DNA of 64,000 nucleotides from Pseudomonadota bacterium (GTDB taxonomy: Bacteria > Pseudomonadota > Gammaproteobacteria > UBA1113): the NCBI GenBank assembly GCA_021781965.1, contig JAJXVU010000009.1, positions 806-64,805 of the forward strand, read 5' to 3'. The translations under genes were made by a program, and so were the position numbers. The notes below the pieces were generated by a model. That model was not told where the DNA came from. It did not search any database and saw nothing but the letters and a program-made list of their open reading frames with translations. Of this stretch, positions 48,513 through 58,442 are shown piece by piece. Positions within the stretch are counted from its first letter, which is position 1. Every line of letters starts with the position of its first letter.

Positions 48513-50351
48513 TCAACAGAGGCCGTTGCCCACACTTAATATACCGTCGGTATGTTGTTCCAAGTCTACAGATGGCAGAACCGTTATCGTACTTTCCTTA
48601 GGCCCAGAAGAAATCTGTTCTTTCCCTGCATTTTGACTAGCACTTCCTACCTGTACGGGAGCGGTGAAGAATGTTCCACGAGCAGCAATCTTCTGTAATT
48701 TATTTTCCACTTTGGCTTTGAGTTCACTTTGTTCAGATTGATCTGACGCATCCGCTATAGTCACTCTTTTTTTATTTACCGCTTGCTGTACAGGTATTGT
48801 TTGGACTACATAATTCGGATAGCTATCAGCGTAAAGTGTTTCTATTGCTCTAACTACATCTTCAATTGCAGATTGTCCTTTATTATAAAGGGTAACCTGT
48901 TCTAAAAATTTCTTTTTACGGGCCCTATCTGGGTCCAGATTTGCTATTATATACATTCTTATTAGCTCAGGCAGAATGAGCTTTTTTTGTATATCCGCTC
49001 CCTCATCAGCCGCAATCGCCATTTTTTTAGCCCTAACAGCAAGTTCATCTTTAAACTTGGCAACAGTATCGTCTTCTTTAACCGTAGTATAAGCTTCTTT
49101 TATCTTATCTATAATATCATTAATGTCAATGCTATTTTCTCGATCGTGATCATGCAAAGTTTCTATTTGAATAAGCTTGTAGCCATTTTTTTTAGCCTCC
49201 GCAATTTGATTCAAAAATTCTTCAGACGTTTTTTCATCAATAAATACTATATACGCATCTCCCTCATCATGAGATTCATCATCAAATACAAATGAACCGC
49301 GAATATTTTCTTTAAAAAAATAAATGTCTATAAATGCCTTAACTTTATCAGTGTTAGAAAATTGAAATATATTCAAGGGATTTAATTCATTATGCGAAAG
49401 AGGAGTTTTTCCATAATATCTTTCACACTTGGCCGCAATTAAACAAAGCTCTTCTTCGTTTAACTGGATTTTCTGCTGAGACCCAATACTCCGCAACTTA
49501 GCTATAAGCTTTTTAACAATCAATTTATCCCGCTCTGTGCGTGCAATATCCCGAAAGCGAAGGGTTTCGTTTTCTCCCTTTCGGTGTATAATTAACACAC
49601 AAGCATTATCTTCATTATCAAAGTATAAGCAGAAGCAAGATCTAGTGGTAGTCTTTTTACAGTCATTAAGCGTCTTATTAGATATAAAATAATGAGTATA
49701 ATTTTCAAAGAGGTTTACTCTTTTAGCTTTTAGGTCTTTCAAAATCGGTTTTGGTGGTTCTTTCTTCAAAAGAGCGGTGATCTTATCCTTAAAAATATCT
49801 GCATCAACGGGTCTTTCATCTACCTGCTGCTCAACAGGGGCTATTTTAATTTTGCTATCATTCGCATTGCTAATCCAGTATTCTTCTTTAGCCATCGTAT
49901 TGAACGCGTGAATTATTTGCTGCATGCAAGCAGCTTGCTCCTCCTTCAATGCGTTTATCATCGTCTTTGTTGATGTTGACTGCCTGGGCTCTGATGGCTG
50001 ATCATATGTACCCAGCACAACATCTAAATCAGTAATAACCATAAAAAGCTTATTATAACTATTAATTTGCGTTATAAGCCTGCCATTAATCTCTCCCTTA
50101 CATTGTTCATTTAATAATATGCATATCTCTTTCAAGTTATATAAAACATGTCCTCTGGTAACCCCATGTACCGCCATTCTTTTACAACTAGCAGCAAGAT
50201 TTTCTTTAAATTCGCTAATAAATGGGGATTGATCATTGATAGCATGAGACTGATGTATCTTATCTATAGCACTATTGATATCCGTGGCATTTTCAGATTT
50301 CAAAATATTTATTGGTGTTCCTGCTTTTACAGCACTTTCTACACTAGACAT
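48513..50351 (-). CDS. Hypothetical 612-aa protein, AT-rich orphan; candidate effector
   Basis: Long ORF with no recognisable enzymatic motifs and Lys/Glu-rich helical regions. Confidence 0.55.
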   Translation of the reverse strand: MSSVESAVKAGTPINILKSENATDINSAIDKIHQSHAINDQSPFISEFKENLAASCKRMAVHGVTRGHVLYNLKEICILLNEQCKGEINGRLITQINSYNKLFMVITDLDVVLGTYDQPSEPRQSTSTKTMINALKEEQAACMQQIIHAFNTMAKEEYWISNANDSKIKIAPVEQQVDERPVDADIFKDKITALLKKEPPKPILKDLKAKRVNLFENYTHYFISNKTLNDCKKTTTRSCFCLYFDNEDNACVLIIHRKGENETLRFRDIARTERDKLIVKKLIAKLRSIGSQQKIQLNEEELCLIAAKCERYYGKTPLSHNELNPLNIFQFSNTDKVKAFIDIYFFKENIRGSFVFDDESHDEGDAYIVFIDEKTSEEFLNQIAEAKKNGYKLIQIETLHDHDRENSIDINDIIDKIKEAYTTVKEDDTVAKFKDELAVRAKKMAIAADEGADIQKKLILPELIRMYIIANLDPDRARKKKFLEQVTLYNKGQSAIEDVVRAIETLYADSYPNYVVQTIPVQQAVNKKRVTIADASDQSEQSELKAKVENKLQKIAARGTFFTAPVQVGSASQNAGKEQISSGPKESTITVLPSVDLEQHTDGILSVGNGLC

Positions 50352-50492
50352 AGTATTTACCTCGCTATCCCCTGAAATTTAGGGGTATTTATATTATTTT
50401 CGAACGAATATTATACCGTAATAAATTAAAAAAACAATGTGGTATATAAACAGCTGATTTTACTAAACTTTTATGAGGAAATAAGAGGATAT

Positions 50493-51398
50493 TTAGTTTT
50501 CGCGCCTAACTACAAAGGTCAATAAGTCTTGCAAACGCGAGGTATCTAGCGTTATAGGCTGCAACGCGGTCATACCTTGTAGATATAAGGCTTCACGCAT
50601 CTCACAGGCTTTGTCTAAACCCACCACTGCGGGATAAGTCATTTTATTAAGCTCCGCATCGCGGCCTTGTGGCTTGCCTAAATGGCCCTCCACGCTAACC
50701 ACATCGAGTATGTCATCTTGAATTTGATAAGCTAGCCCCAGAGCTTCGCTATAAGTAGTAATGGCTTGTGTTACAATAACATCGGTTAATCCAGCGCAAT
50801 CGCAGCCCATCAAAATACTGGCTTCCAATAAAGCGCCTGTTTTCAAGCGATGCATTTGTTGTAATTGGGCTAAAGAAAGTTTTTCTACGCTTCCGGTATA
50901 AATTAAATCTATCATTTGTCCACCCGCCATACCCTGTACACCACTGGCCTTTGCCAAACGCTGTACCAATTTCAATCGTGTGGCCACCGAGAGTTGCTCA
51001 TCGTTGGCTAACACTTCAAAGGCCAAGGCTTGCAAAGCGTCGCCCGCTAAAATGGCGGTGGCTTCATCGTAAGCGATATGGCAAGAGGCTAAGCCTCGGC
51101 GTAACGGACTATTGTCCATAGCCGGTAAATCGTCGTGAATTAAAGAGTAGGCATGCACAAATTCCACTGCCACGGCCGCGGCATCGGCGTGATCTAAAGA
51201 GGCGCCGAAGGTTTGACTCGTGGCATATACTAAAGCAGCGCGCAAACGCTTACCGCCCTCCAGATTGGCGTACGACATCGCGGATAACAAACGTTGTGCT
51301 GCGGCTGGCGCTTCTTTTAAATGGCCTTCTAATTGGGGCAATACCCGCTCTTGAGCGGCGCGTAAACAATCAGGCGTCAGCATCGTTGTCGGCATCAA
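50493..51398 (-). CDS. ispA: Farnesyl diphosphate synthase (geranyltranstransferase)
   Basis: DDxxD motifs (IHDDLPAMDN, IQDDILD). Sits in the conserved xseB-ispA pair. Confidence 0.9.
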   Translation of the reverse strand: MMPTTMLTPDCLRAAQERVLPQLEGHLKEAPAAAQRLLSAMSYANLEGGKRLRAALVYATSQTFGASLDHADAAAVAVEFVHAYSLIHDDLPAMDNSPLRRGLASCHIAYDEATAILAGDALQALAFEVLANDEQLSVATRLKLVQRLAKASGVQGMAGGQMIDLIYTGSVEKLSLAQLQQMHRLKTGALLEASILMGCDCAGLTDVIVTQAITTYSEALGLAYQIQDDILDVVSVEGHLGKPQGRDAELNKMTYPAVVGLDKACEMREALYLQGMTALQPITLDTSRLQDLLTFVVRREN

Positions 51399-51621
51399 AA
51401 TCTTCTAATTCAGCACTGTTGTTTTTTTCAATTAAAATCTGCACTTTTTGTTCGGCTTGTTTTAAAGCCGTTTGGCATTGCTTGGTTAATTTAGTTCCTT
51501 TTTCAAATAAATCCAAAGACTCTTCCAAGCCCAATTGCCCTTTTTCCAGAGTATCAACGATATCCGTTAATTCCTGTAAGGCCGTTTCGAATTGAAAGGC
51601 AGCTGACTGTTTTTTGCTCAT
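51370..51621 (-). CDS. xseB: Exodeoxyribonuclease VII small subunit
   Basis: 83 aa, FETALQELTDIVDTLEKGQLGLEESLDLFEKG. Confidence 0.9.
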   Translation of the reverse strand: MSKKQSAAFQFETALQELTDIVDTLEKGQLGLEESLDLFEKGTKLTKQCQTALKQAEQKVQILIEKNNSAELEDFDADNDADA

Positions 51622-51710
51622 ATTATCTCGTTATCCTGTGCAAGATGCTTCTTTTGAGAGCATGATACTACGCTTTTTGCCCCTTTTTGACAAGGGAAAG
51701 TGGTCTAAAG

Positions 51711-52988
51711 TTATTCTAACAACCACTGCCATACGGGTTTTATTTGGATTTTATAATGGCAATTATCTTCTACTATAGTCCATTCGTCACTTTCATCAAA
51801 AGTTAAAATAAGTCCTTCTGTTAAATGATAGGTCTTTAGTGCTTCCAATAAACCCGCTATCTCTCTTGTTTTTGTATCGCTATCAAGAAGATTGTGACTC
51901 ACTTGTATGGCTGCCACAATATTCAGGCCACTTTTTAAGATAAAATCACATTCTTTCTTGTCTCGGTGGAAATAGATATCCAATTTTTTACGTTTTAATT
52001 GATGATAAACAATAGTTTCTAGCATACGCCCTTTATTTTCAGAAAATTGAAATGACACAGCATTGGCAAGACCAGTATCAACTACATACAGCTTTCTGTC
52101 ATTGTGATACTGGTTTTTGAGAGAATGATCATATTTATACACTTCGTCCATCAAGAAGACTTCTTCCATATAAGAAAGGTAATCGCTTATGGTTTTAGAA
52201 TGTATTTGTAATGCTTCCGCTACTCGACGATGACTGAACAGTTTGGTGGAATTCGTAATATGATATATGGCTAATTCTTTTAATTTAGACACATTAACCT
52301 CGTGCCTGCTGGCAATGTCCTTATAAACAAAATCTTCGAAATAATTATTTAATAGTTCACGCTGTAGCACGTCGCGCAAAGCAATAGCGGGAAATGCGCC
52401 TATGTCCCTATATTCAACAAATAACTTCATTATTGTACTTTTACGCTGCGGCGAAACCGGTAAAATGACATCTTTCTCACCTCTAAAACGCAGATACTCA
52501 GCGAAAGACAGCGGTGCAATGGATAGTTTTATATTACGGCCCGTTAACAATTCAGCATACTCACGCTTGATTAAAGTTGAATTAGGCCCTGTAATCCAAA
52601 TTTGTTCGAGTTCTTTACGATCATACATTTTACGAATGAATGGCACCCAATCGCTACACTGTTGCACTTCATCAATCAACAAATAATCTATGGGTTGCCG
52701 TGACAAAAAAACATAATAAATTTCAGCCAGCGTATACCGTTTTAGTAATTCATCATCAAAATTAATATAGAGTACTTTCTTATTCGTTTCCAAAGCATGT
52801 GCCAACACTTGATAAAGTAAGGTGCTTTTCCCTGAACGCCTCACCCCTTCTAAAATCTTGATCTCTGGGATGGTGGTATAAGGAATAAGGTCATACATGC
52901 GAGGAATGCCTACTAATTTAGGTAATAATTGTCCATTTTCTAACCATGGGTTCCATTCTAGTAAGGCGGCTATAATTTGATCGTGCAT
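51711..52988 (-). CDS. AAA+ ATPase with a C-terminal DUF4143 domain
   Basis: P-loop GVRRSGKST. This family is typically sporadic and accessory. Confidence 0.7.
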   Translation of the reverse strand: MHDQIIAALLEWNPWLENGQLLPKLVGIPRMYDLIPYTTIPEIKILEGVRRSGKSTLLYQVLAHALETNKKVLYINFDDELLKRYTLAEIYYVFLSRQPIDYLLIDEVQQCSDWVPFIRKMYDRKELEQIWITGPNSTLIKREYAELLTGRNIKLSIAPLSFAEYLRFRGEKDVILPVSPQRKSTIMKLFVEYRDIGAFPAIALRDVLQRELLNNYFEDFVYKDIASRHEVNVSKLKELAIYHITNSTKLFSHRRVAEALQIHSKTISDYLSYMEEVFLMDEVYKYDHSLKNQYHNDRKLYVVDTGLANAVSFQFSENKGRMLETIVYHQLKRKKLDIYFHRDKKECDFILKSGLNIVAAIQVSHNLLDSDTKTREIAGLLEALKTYHLTEGLILTFDESDEWTIVEDNCHYKIQIKPVWQWLLE

Positions 52989-53039
52989 TGGAAACCTCTA
53001 ATAATGCTTCAATATATTGTAGCATAATATGATAAAAAT

Positions 53040-53057
53040 GCTATAGTATACTATAGC
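53040..53057. promoter_or_regulatory. Perfect 18-bp palindrome GCTATAGTATACTATAGC, about 52 bp upstream of the AAA-ATPase start; candidate operator
   Basis: Flanked by repeated tagcataa motifs in an AT-rich leader. Confidence 0.35.
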
Positions 53058-53122
53058 ATAAATTAAGTTTTGTGCTGTGATGTATTATATATGCCTGATA
53101 TATATGGCTATTAAGAACGATA

Positions 53123-54184
53123 TTATTTCACCGAAATAATCGCTTTCAACTCACTCAATGGCCAACGTGGTTTTACGCCTACAGTTAGTTCTGCGCGTTC
53201 GCCCGCTTGTAAACGTAGACATCCGGCATAAGCGATCATGGCGCCGTTATCGGTGCAATATTCTAAACGCGGGAAAAATACTTTGCCACCGTGCTGTTGC
53301 ATAAATTGTTGTAGATTGTGCCGCAATAAACGATTGGCGCTAACACCTCCGGCAACCACCAATTGCTTCAAACCCGTTTGGGTTAGGGCTCGCTTACATT
53401 TAAGTAATAAGGTATCTACCGCTGCTTCTTGAAAGGCGGCAGCAATATCGGCGCGCGCTTGTTCAGTATCCTCGCCTTGTGCTAATAAAGCTTTATACGT
53501 CACCATCGCATGCGTTTTAAGGCCGCTAAAGCTAAAATCCAAATGCGCTCTGTCTGTCATGGGTCTAGGAAAACTAAAACGTTTGGCATCCCCTTGTTCA
53601 GCCATTCGAGCTAATGCCGGACCGCCGGGATAGCCTAAGCCCAATAACTTAGCTGTTTTATCGAAGGCCTCACCCACAGCATCGTCTATAGATTGCCCCA
53701 AGATTTTATAAACACCCAAGGCTGTAACTTCAATGAGTAAGGTGTGCCCACCGGAGACCAGTAAAGCTAAAAAAGGTAATTCGGGTTTTTCTGTTTCCAA
53801 TAAGGCTGCTAATAAATGTCCTTCCATATGATGTACCCCTATAGCAGGGATATTCAAGCCATAGGCAATACTACGTCCCAATAAAGCACCGACTAATAAA
53901 GCGCCTACTAATCCGGGGCCAGCGGTATAAGCAACGCCATTCAATTCTTGTGCGCTTATTCCTGCTTTGTTTAAGACGGTTTCAATCAATGGCAAAGTTT
54001 TGCGTATATGATCGCGTGAGGCTAATTCAGGAACCACTCCACCATATCGTTGATGCAATTCCACTTGGCTATAAAGCGCATCGGCTATAATACCCTGCTC
54101 ACTATCGTAAAGTGCGATACCGGTTTCATCGCAAGAAGTTTCTAATCCTAAGACTTTCCAGTTATTGTTATTGATTAATCCCAC
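53123..54184 (-). CDS. tsaD: tRNA N6-adenosine threonylcarbamoyltransferase
   Basis: [18 protein letters not shown] is the canonical TsaD N-terminus. HxxEGH metal site (HHMEGH). Confidence 0.9.
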   Translation of the reverse strand: MGLINNNNWKVLGLETSCDETGIALYDSEQGIIADALYSQVELHQRYGGVVPELASRDHIRKTLPLIETVLNKAGISAQELNGVAYTAGPGLVGALLVGALLGRSIAYGLNIPAIGVHHMEGHLLAALLETEKPELPFLALLVSGGHTLLIEVTALGVYKILGQSIDDAVGEAFDKTAKLLGLGYPGGPALARMAEQGDAKRFSFPRPMTDRAHLDFSFSGLKTHAMVTYKALLAQGEDTEQARADIAAAFQEAAVDTLLLKCKRALTQTGLKQLVVAGGVSANRLLRHNLQQFMQQHGGKVFFPRLEYCTDNGAMIAYAGCLRLQAGERAELTVGVKPRWPLSELKAIISVK

Positions 54185-54740
54185 TCACTACGCCCTGTTG
54201 AAATTGAATTGTTAAAGATTGTCCTCCTTGCAATTGATATGTCCATTGGGTAGTCAGCGGTAATGCCGAGGTGTCTTTTGCATATTGATAACTCACTTGT
54301 GTAGCGTTACCACAGCGCGAAGCCAACACATCAGCTGTATCCCCAACGCGTACAAAACCACCATTAGGACAATTACCCGTTGAAACAAAGTTACCATTGA
54401 CTGCCAAGCTGGTGATCTTATTATTATTGATTTCAACCACCAAAGAATTGCCTGCAGTATTAACCTTTATACTGTTGTAAGGCGTTGGTCCTGAGACCTG
54501 CTGCGGCAACATTTGCATAGTTTGTTGTTCGTAATTCCAATATTGCGTCGCATTAAGACGGCCCTTACCGTTGTCTATTTGTACCGCGCTATTAGGCTGT
54601 CCGCAAGCGGCTAAAACATCTTGCTGGCTCATCCCCTGTTCAACCCAACCATTGGTTCCTTGTGAGGTATTACAAAACATCGCCCACGATACGGATGTTA
54701 TTAAACTCAGTACAGTAATGTAAAAAAGCATCCTTTTCAT
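54168..54740 (-). CDS. Hypothetical secreted protein (signal peptide) with an internal duplicated Cys-containing module
   Basis: N-terminal hydrophobic signal. Repeats [16 protein letters not shown] and [16 protein letters not shown]. Confidence 0.55.
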   Translation of the reverse strand: MKRMLFYITVLSLITSVSWAMFCNTSQGTNGWVEQGMSQQDVLAACGQPNSAVQIDNGKGRLNATQYWNYEQQTMQMLPQQVSGPTPYNSIKVNTAGNSLVVEINNNKITSLAVNGNFVSTGNCPNGGFVRVGDTADVLASRCGNATQVSYQYAKDTSALPLTTQWTYQLQGGQSLTIQFQQGVVSGINQ

Positions 54741-54757
54741 GGTTTTATCCTTAAATA

Positions 54758-54824
54758 AACCGTAGGGGCAGGCCCCTGTGCCTGCCCTAGATAGGGCAAA
54801 CCACGGGGAGTTGCCCCTACGGTT
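54758..54824. terminator. Nested-hairpin element downstream of rpoH (13-bp outer stem aaccgtaggggca/tgcccctacggtt, then TTTATTT on the transcribed strand); probable intrinsic terminator
   Basis: An inverted repeat plus a T-rich tract is present in the minus-strand transcript. Confidence 0.4.
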
Positions 54825-54840
54825 CTTCGCAAAATATAAA

Positions 54841-55707
54841 CTACGCCCCTATATATTCCTGTATATGATTTTTTAACTTCTGCATCGCCCCTTTTTCGAT
54901 TTGGCGTACGCGCTCTGCTGAAATTTGATAACGAGCAGCTAGATCTTCTAAAGTGGCTTTTTTATCCACCAACCAACGTGCACTTACAATATCGCGACTG
55001 CGTTCATCTAAGCCGTCTAAAGCCGCATATAAGTTTTGTAGTCTGTGACCTTCTTCGTCGTTGTTCTCAACTTGTAAGCTGGGGGCAAAACGCATGTCTT
55101 CTAAATAATGCGCTGGCGCTACTGCAGCGCTATCGTCATCGTCGTCCTGTGCGTCAAAAGCCATATCATGTGCATACATACGTATTTCCATTTCACGCAC
55201 ATCTTTATGAGAAACATTTAACTCTGCGGCTAAGGCAGCAACTTCATCTGCCGTAAAAGAAGTGCCAACTTCTTTCTTGGCATTACGCAGATTAAAAAAT
55301 AATTTACGTTGCGCTTTAGTCGTTGCAACTTTAACAATACGCCAATTGCGGATTATATATTCATGAATTTCGGCTTTGATCCAGTGAATGGCAAAAGAGA
55401 CCAAGCGTACACCCATATGGGGGTTAAAACGCTTAACCGCTTTCATCAAACCAATATTGCCTTCTTGGACTAAATCGCTTAATGGCAGGCCATAGCCCAA
55501 ATAACCATTGGCTATGCGCACTACAAAGCGCAGATGAGCCATAACGAGTTGCCGTGCCGCATCTAAATCGCCTTGCTCATAAAAACGTAAAGTAAGTGCC
55601 GCTTCTTCTGCTTCCGTTAATATCGGTAGTGCATAAGCGCGCTGGATATAGGTTTCTAAACTACCTAGGGGTAGTGCCATCTCTTTGATTTGCAATGTTT
55701 TATTCAT
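54841..55707 (-). CDS. rpoH: RNA polymerase sigma-32 (heat-shock sigma factor)
   Basis: Colinear with E. coli RpoH, including the RpoH box region [18 protein letters not shown] and the C-terminal region 4. Confidence 0.95.
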   Translation of the reverse strand: MNKTLQIKEMALPLGSLETYIQRAYALPILTEAEEAALTLRFYEQGDLDAARQLVMAHLRFVVRIANGYLGYGLPLSDLVQEGNIGLMKAVKRFNPHMGVRLVSFAIHWIKAEIHEYIIRNWRIVKVATTKAQRKLFFNLRNAKKEVGTSFTADEVAALAAELNVSHKDVREMEIRMYAHDMAFDAQDDDDDSAAVAPAHYLEDMRFAPSLQVENNDEEGHRLQNLYAALDGLDERSRDIVSARWLVDKKATLEDLAARYQISAERVRQIEKGAMQKLKNHIQEYIGA

Positions 55708-55786
55708 GCTTAGAACGGCTCCCGTCACAGGATGACTTTGTTGGACTAAACTATTACAAGGATATCACAAAACCCACTGTTTTGGC

Positions 55787-55854
55787 TAGGGCTTGTAGCC
55801 ATTGGGTTTGTCGAAGCGAAAACAGCCGGACAAACCCAATGGCTACAAGCCCTA
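55787..55854. other. Perfect 26-bp inverted repeat (stem tagggcttgtagccattgggtttgtc, 16-nt loop) between the sspB stop and the rpoH promoter region
   Basis: Both arms are seen directly and match exactly as reverse complements. No U-tract follows on the transcript. Confidence 0.6.
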
Positions 55855-55857
55855 AGT

Positions 55858-56292
55858 CTATTTCACGACCTTTAGAATAGGCTTTTTAGTGTTACCCTTC
55901 GGCCCTGGTGATTTAGGCGGCGTACCCGGCCTGTTTTCCCCAATAGTGCCACCACCATTATCCCCTTCCTCTTCTTCCTCAAGGCTAATATCGAAAGCCA
56001 TGCCCTGCCCTGTTTCTTTAGCATAAATCATGGTTAAAGCGCGCATAGGCGCTTCGATAGACTGTGAAAGGCCAGAAAAACTAGCGCAAAATGACAAATT
56101 TTGATTGGTTAAATTTAAATCTTGGGTTGCAGACGGGGAGATATTCAAAACAATTTGGTCATCTTTAATGTATTGTACAGGAACTTTGACCCCAGGAATG
56201 GTTGTATTCAAGGCCACAAAGGGGGTTAAATTGTTATCCAGCATCCATTCATATAAAGCTCGGACTAAATAAGGTTTAGTTGATGTTGCCAT
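55858..56292 (-). CDS. sspB: ClpXP adaptor / stringent starvation protein B
   Basis: YLVRALYEWMLDNNLTPFV matches the SspB N-domain. An acidic linker and a C-terminal ClpX-binding tail (ILKVVK) are present. Confidence 0.9.
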   Translation of the reverse strand: MATSTKPYLVRALYEWMLDNNLTPFVALNTTIPGVKVPVQYIKDDQIVLNISPSATQDLNLTNQNLSFCASFSGLSQSIEAPMRALTMIYAKETGQGMAFDISLEEEEEGDNGGGTIGENRPGTPPKSPGPKGNTKKPILKVVK

Positions 56293-56306
56293 GGGGTTAT
56301 TTTTCC

Positions 56307-56936
56307 TTAAACTAACATTTCATGCTCAGCACTACTCAAACTACTATAAAATGTTTCACGCTCAAACATGCGTTGCGCGTATTCGGTAACTGCGCGCGCA
56401 TGGTTAGGCAATTCAATACCGGCATAAGACAAACGCCACAATAATGCCGATAAACAACAATCGACTAGGGTTAGATCGTCGCTTAAAAAATAAGAGTTAT
56501 TCTTGAATGCCGGTGCAATGGTAATTAAAGAATCACGCAATTGCTGACGTGCCAACGTTCTATAAGCTTCTTCTTTAGCGGTCATTATTTGCTGATATAA
56601 GCCAAATAAATCTTTTTCAATCCGCGACAAACGTAAGCGGGTTTCCGCTCGTGCCACGGGATATACCGGCATTAATGGCGGGTGCGGAAAGCGCTCATCT
56701 AAATACTCTAAGATGATATTCAATTGATATAAAACTAAATTTTTATCCACTAAGGTAGGTACAGATTGGTATGGATTTAGGCTTAATAGCTCCTCAGCAC
56801 GATCTTCAAATTTGAGATCGATGATGTCTACCGCTAAAGCTTTTTCGGCAATAACAATACGTACACAATGCGATTGCAGATCGGTAGGTTCCGAGTACAA
56901 AGACATCAGTGATCGTTTATTAGCTACAACCGTCAT
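56307..56936 (-). CDS. sspA: Stringent starvation protein A (GST-like)
   Basis: 209 aa with a GST fold. Forms the conserved sspA-sspB pair. Confidence 0.9.
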   Translation of the reverse strand: MTVVANKRSLMSLYSEPTDLQSHCVRIVIAEKALAVDIIDLKFEDRAEELLSLNPYQSVPTLVDKNLVLYQLNIILEYLDERFPHPPLMPVYPVARAETRLRLSRIEKDLFGLYQQIMTAKEEAYRTLARQQLRDSLITIAPAFKNNSYFLSDDLTLVDCCLSALLWRLSYAGIELPNHARAVTEYAQRMFERETFYSSLSSAEHEMLV

Positions 56937-57120
56937 TTTTTTCTCCTGTGTATAACCTCACTGTCTAAAAAATAAAGCCATGAGGCGGGTCCTGCAATAA
57001 TGTATTATGAATAACGTATACAACGCTATGCTTGTAAGTTGGGAGTATTGTACAGGAAAATGATTCGGATTTCAATATTTTTGATTAATTTATGAGCAGC
57101 TGCGGCGTAAAAATTTTACT

Positions 57121-57777
57121 CTACTTTTGATTTACCGATAATGCGGCCGAAGTGGCTGCTTTTTCTACAATAGCAGGATGATATATCCCTTTTTGACTTA
57201 ATACGACCAATGGGGTTTTGATCAGAATTTTTAGGTCTAATAAAATGGTCCAATTTTCTACATACCAAACATCGTACTCTAAGCGTTCTTCGTAGGGCAA
57301 CGTATTACGCCCATTAACCTGCAGCCAACCGGTCAAACCAGGACGCATTTGCAACTTACAGGCTTGATGAGGGGTGTATCGTGCCGCTAAAGATAGCAGT
57401 GCTGGCCTAGGGCCTACCATGGACATATCGCCCTTAAGGATATTGATAATTTGTGGCAGCTCATCCAGGCTAGTCTTACGCAACCAATGCCCAACACGGG
57501 TAATACGTTCATCGTGTTCACCTACTGCCGGACTATGGGCATCCGCATCCGAAACCATGGTACGGAATTTCCAGCATATAAAGGGATGGCCCCACCGACC
57601 CATACGTTCATCGCGAAAAAAAACAGGTCCTGTGGAGTCTATTTTGATCAGAAAAGCAATTATAGGCAGAAATAATAAAAATAGGGGCAATAACAGCAAG
57701 GAGAAAAATAAGTCGAAAATACGCTTTATCGCGGATTGGATAGGGTGTTTCGCTTTTATTTTAATCATTTCGTCCAT
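57121..57777 (-). CDS. Bacterial sugar transferase (undecaprenyl-phosphate sugar phosphotransferase, WbaP C-terminus/PglC-like)
   Basis: DELPQIINILKGDMSMVGPRPAL conserved block. Single N-terminal TM. Confidence 0.85.
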   Translation of the reverse strand: MDEMIKIKAKHPIQSAIKRIFDLFFSLLLLPLFLLFLPIIAFLIKIDSTGPVFFRDERMGRWGHPFICWKFRTMVSDADAHSPAVGEHDERITRVGHWLRKTSLDELPQIINILKGDMSMVGPRPALLSLAARYTPHQACKLQMRPGLTGWLQVNGRNTLPYEERLEYDVWYVENWTILLDLKILIKTPLVVLSQKGIYHPAIVEKAATSAALSVNQK

Positions 57778-58030
57778 TATTCGGCCTGCTATTGATTATA
57801 AATTAGACATGATTGTAACTCAAATGGGGATTAAATACAAGATACTGATGCCCCCGTTTCAGAAAGGCATCTACTCATTACACTTCAAGATTCAACTCAT
57901 GCTAAGAGAGACATTATATTCTACAGTGCTATTCTATGGGCGGCTTGCTTGTGAGCAACCCCTACACGTTCCGAGGCACGGTTTGTGTAGGGGAAAGCCA
58001 AAGTTACTATAGGATAGGATTCCTACCACT

Positions 58031-58414
58031 TTATTCGACGGTTACAGGAGCTTGGTCTAAACGGTCCACGAGTTCAATAATAGCCATAGGAGCGGTATCA
58101 CCCGGTCTAAAACCAGCTTTCAGAACACGAGTATAACCACCGGGTCTAGCATTAAATCTAGGGCCAATTTCGTTGAAAAGCTTGGTCACCGTTTTACGGT
58201 CACGTAAACGATTAAACGCTAAACGACGATTAGCCAATGAATCGGTTTTAGCCAATGAAATCAGTGGCTCAACGATACCACGCAAGTCTTTAGCCTTGGG
58301 AAGCGTCGTGGAAATGATTTCATGCTCTAATAAAGAAATTGCCAGATTTTGAAACATGGCCTTACGATGAGCACTGGTGCGATTTAATTTTCTACCACTA
58401 TTACGATGTCGCAT
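58031..58414 (-). CDS. rplQ: 50S ribosomal protein L17
   Basis: [20 protein letters not shown]. Confidence 0.95.
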   Translation of the reverse strand: MRHRNSGRKLNRTSAHRKAMFQNLAISLLEHEIISTTLPKAKDLRGIVEPLISLAKTDSLANRRLAFNRLRDRKTVTKLFNEIGPRFNARPGGYTRVLKAGFRPGDTAPMAIIELVDRLDQAPVTVE

Positions 58415-58442
58415 TTTTTTATCCTTCCACGGTCATTTAAAT

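Noticed and set aside
53123-54184. Alternative internal start for tsaD to remove the 8-aa N-terminal extension (MGLINNNNW)
   Set aside because: There is no in-frame ATG/GTG/TTG immediately before KVLGLETS, so the annotated ATG was kept, accepting a 17-nt overlap with the downstream ORF.
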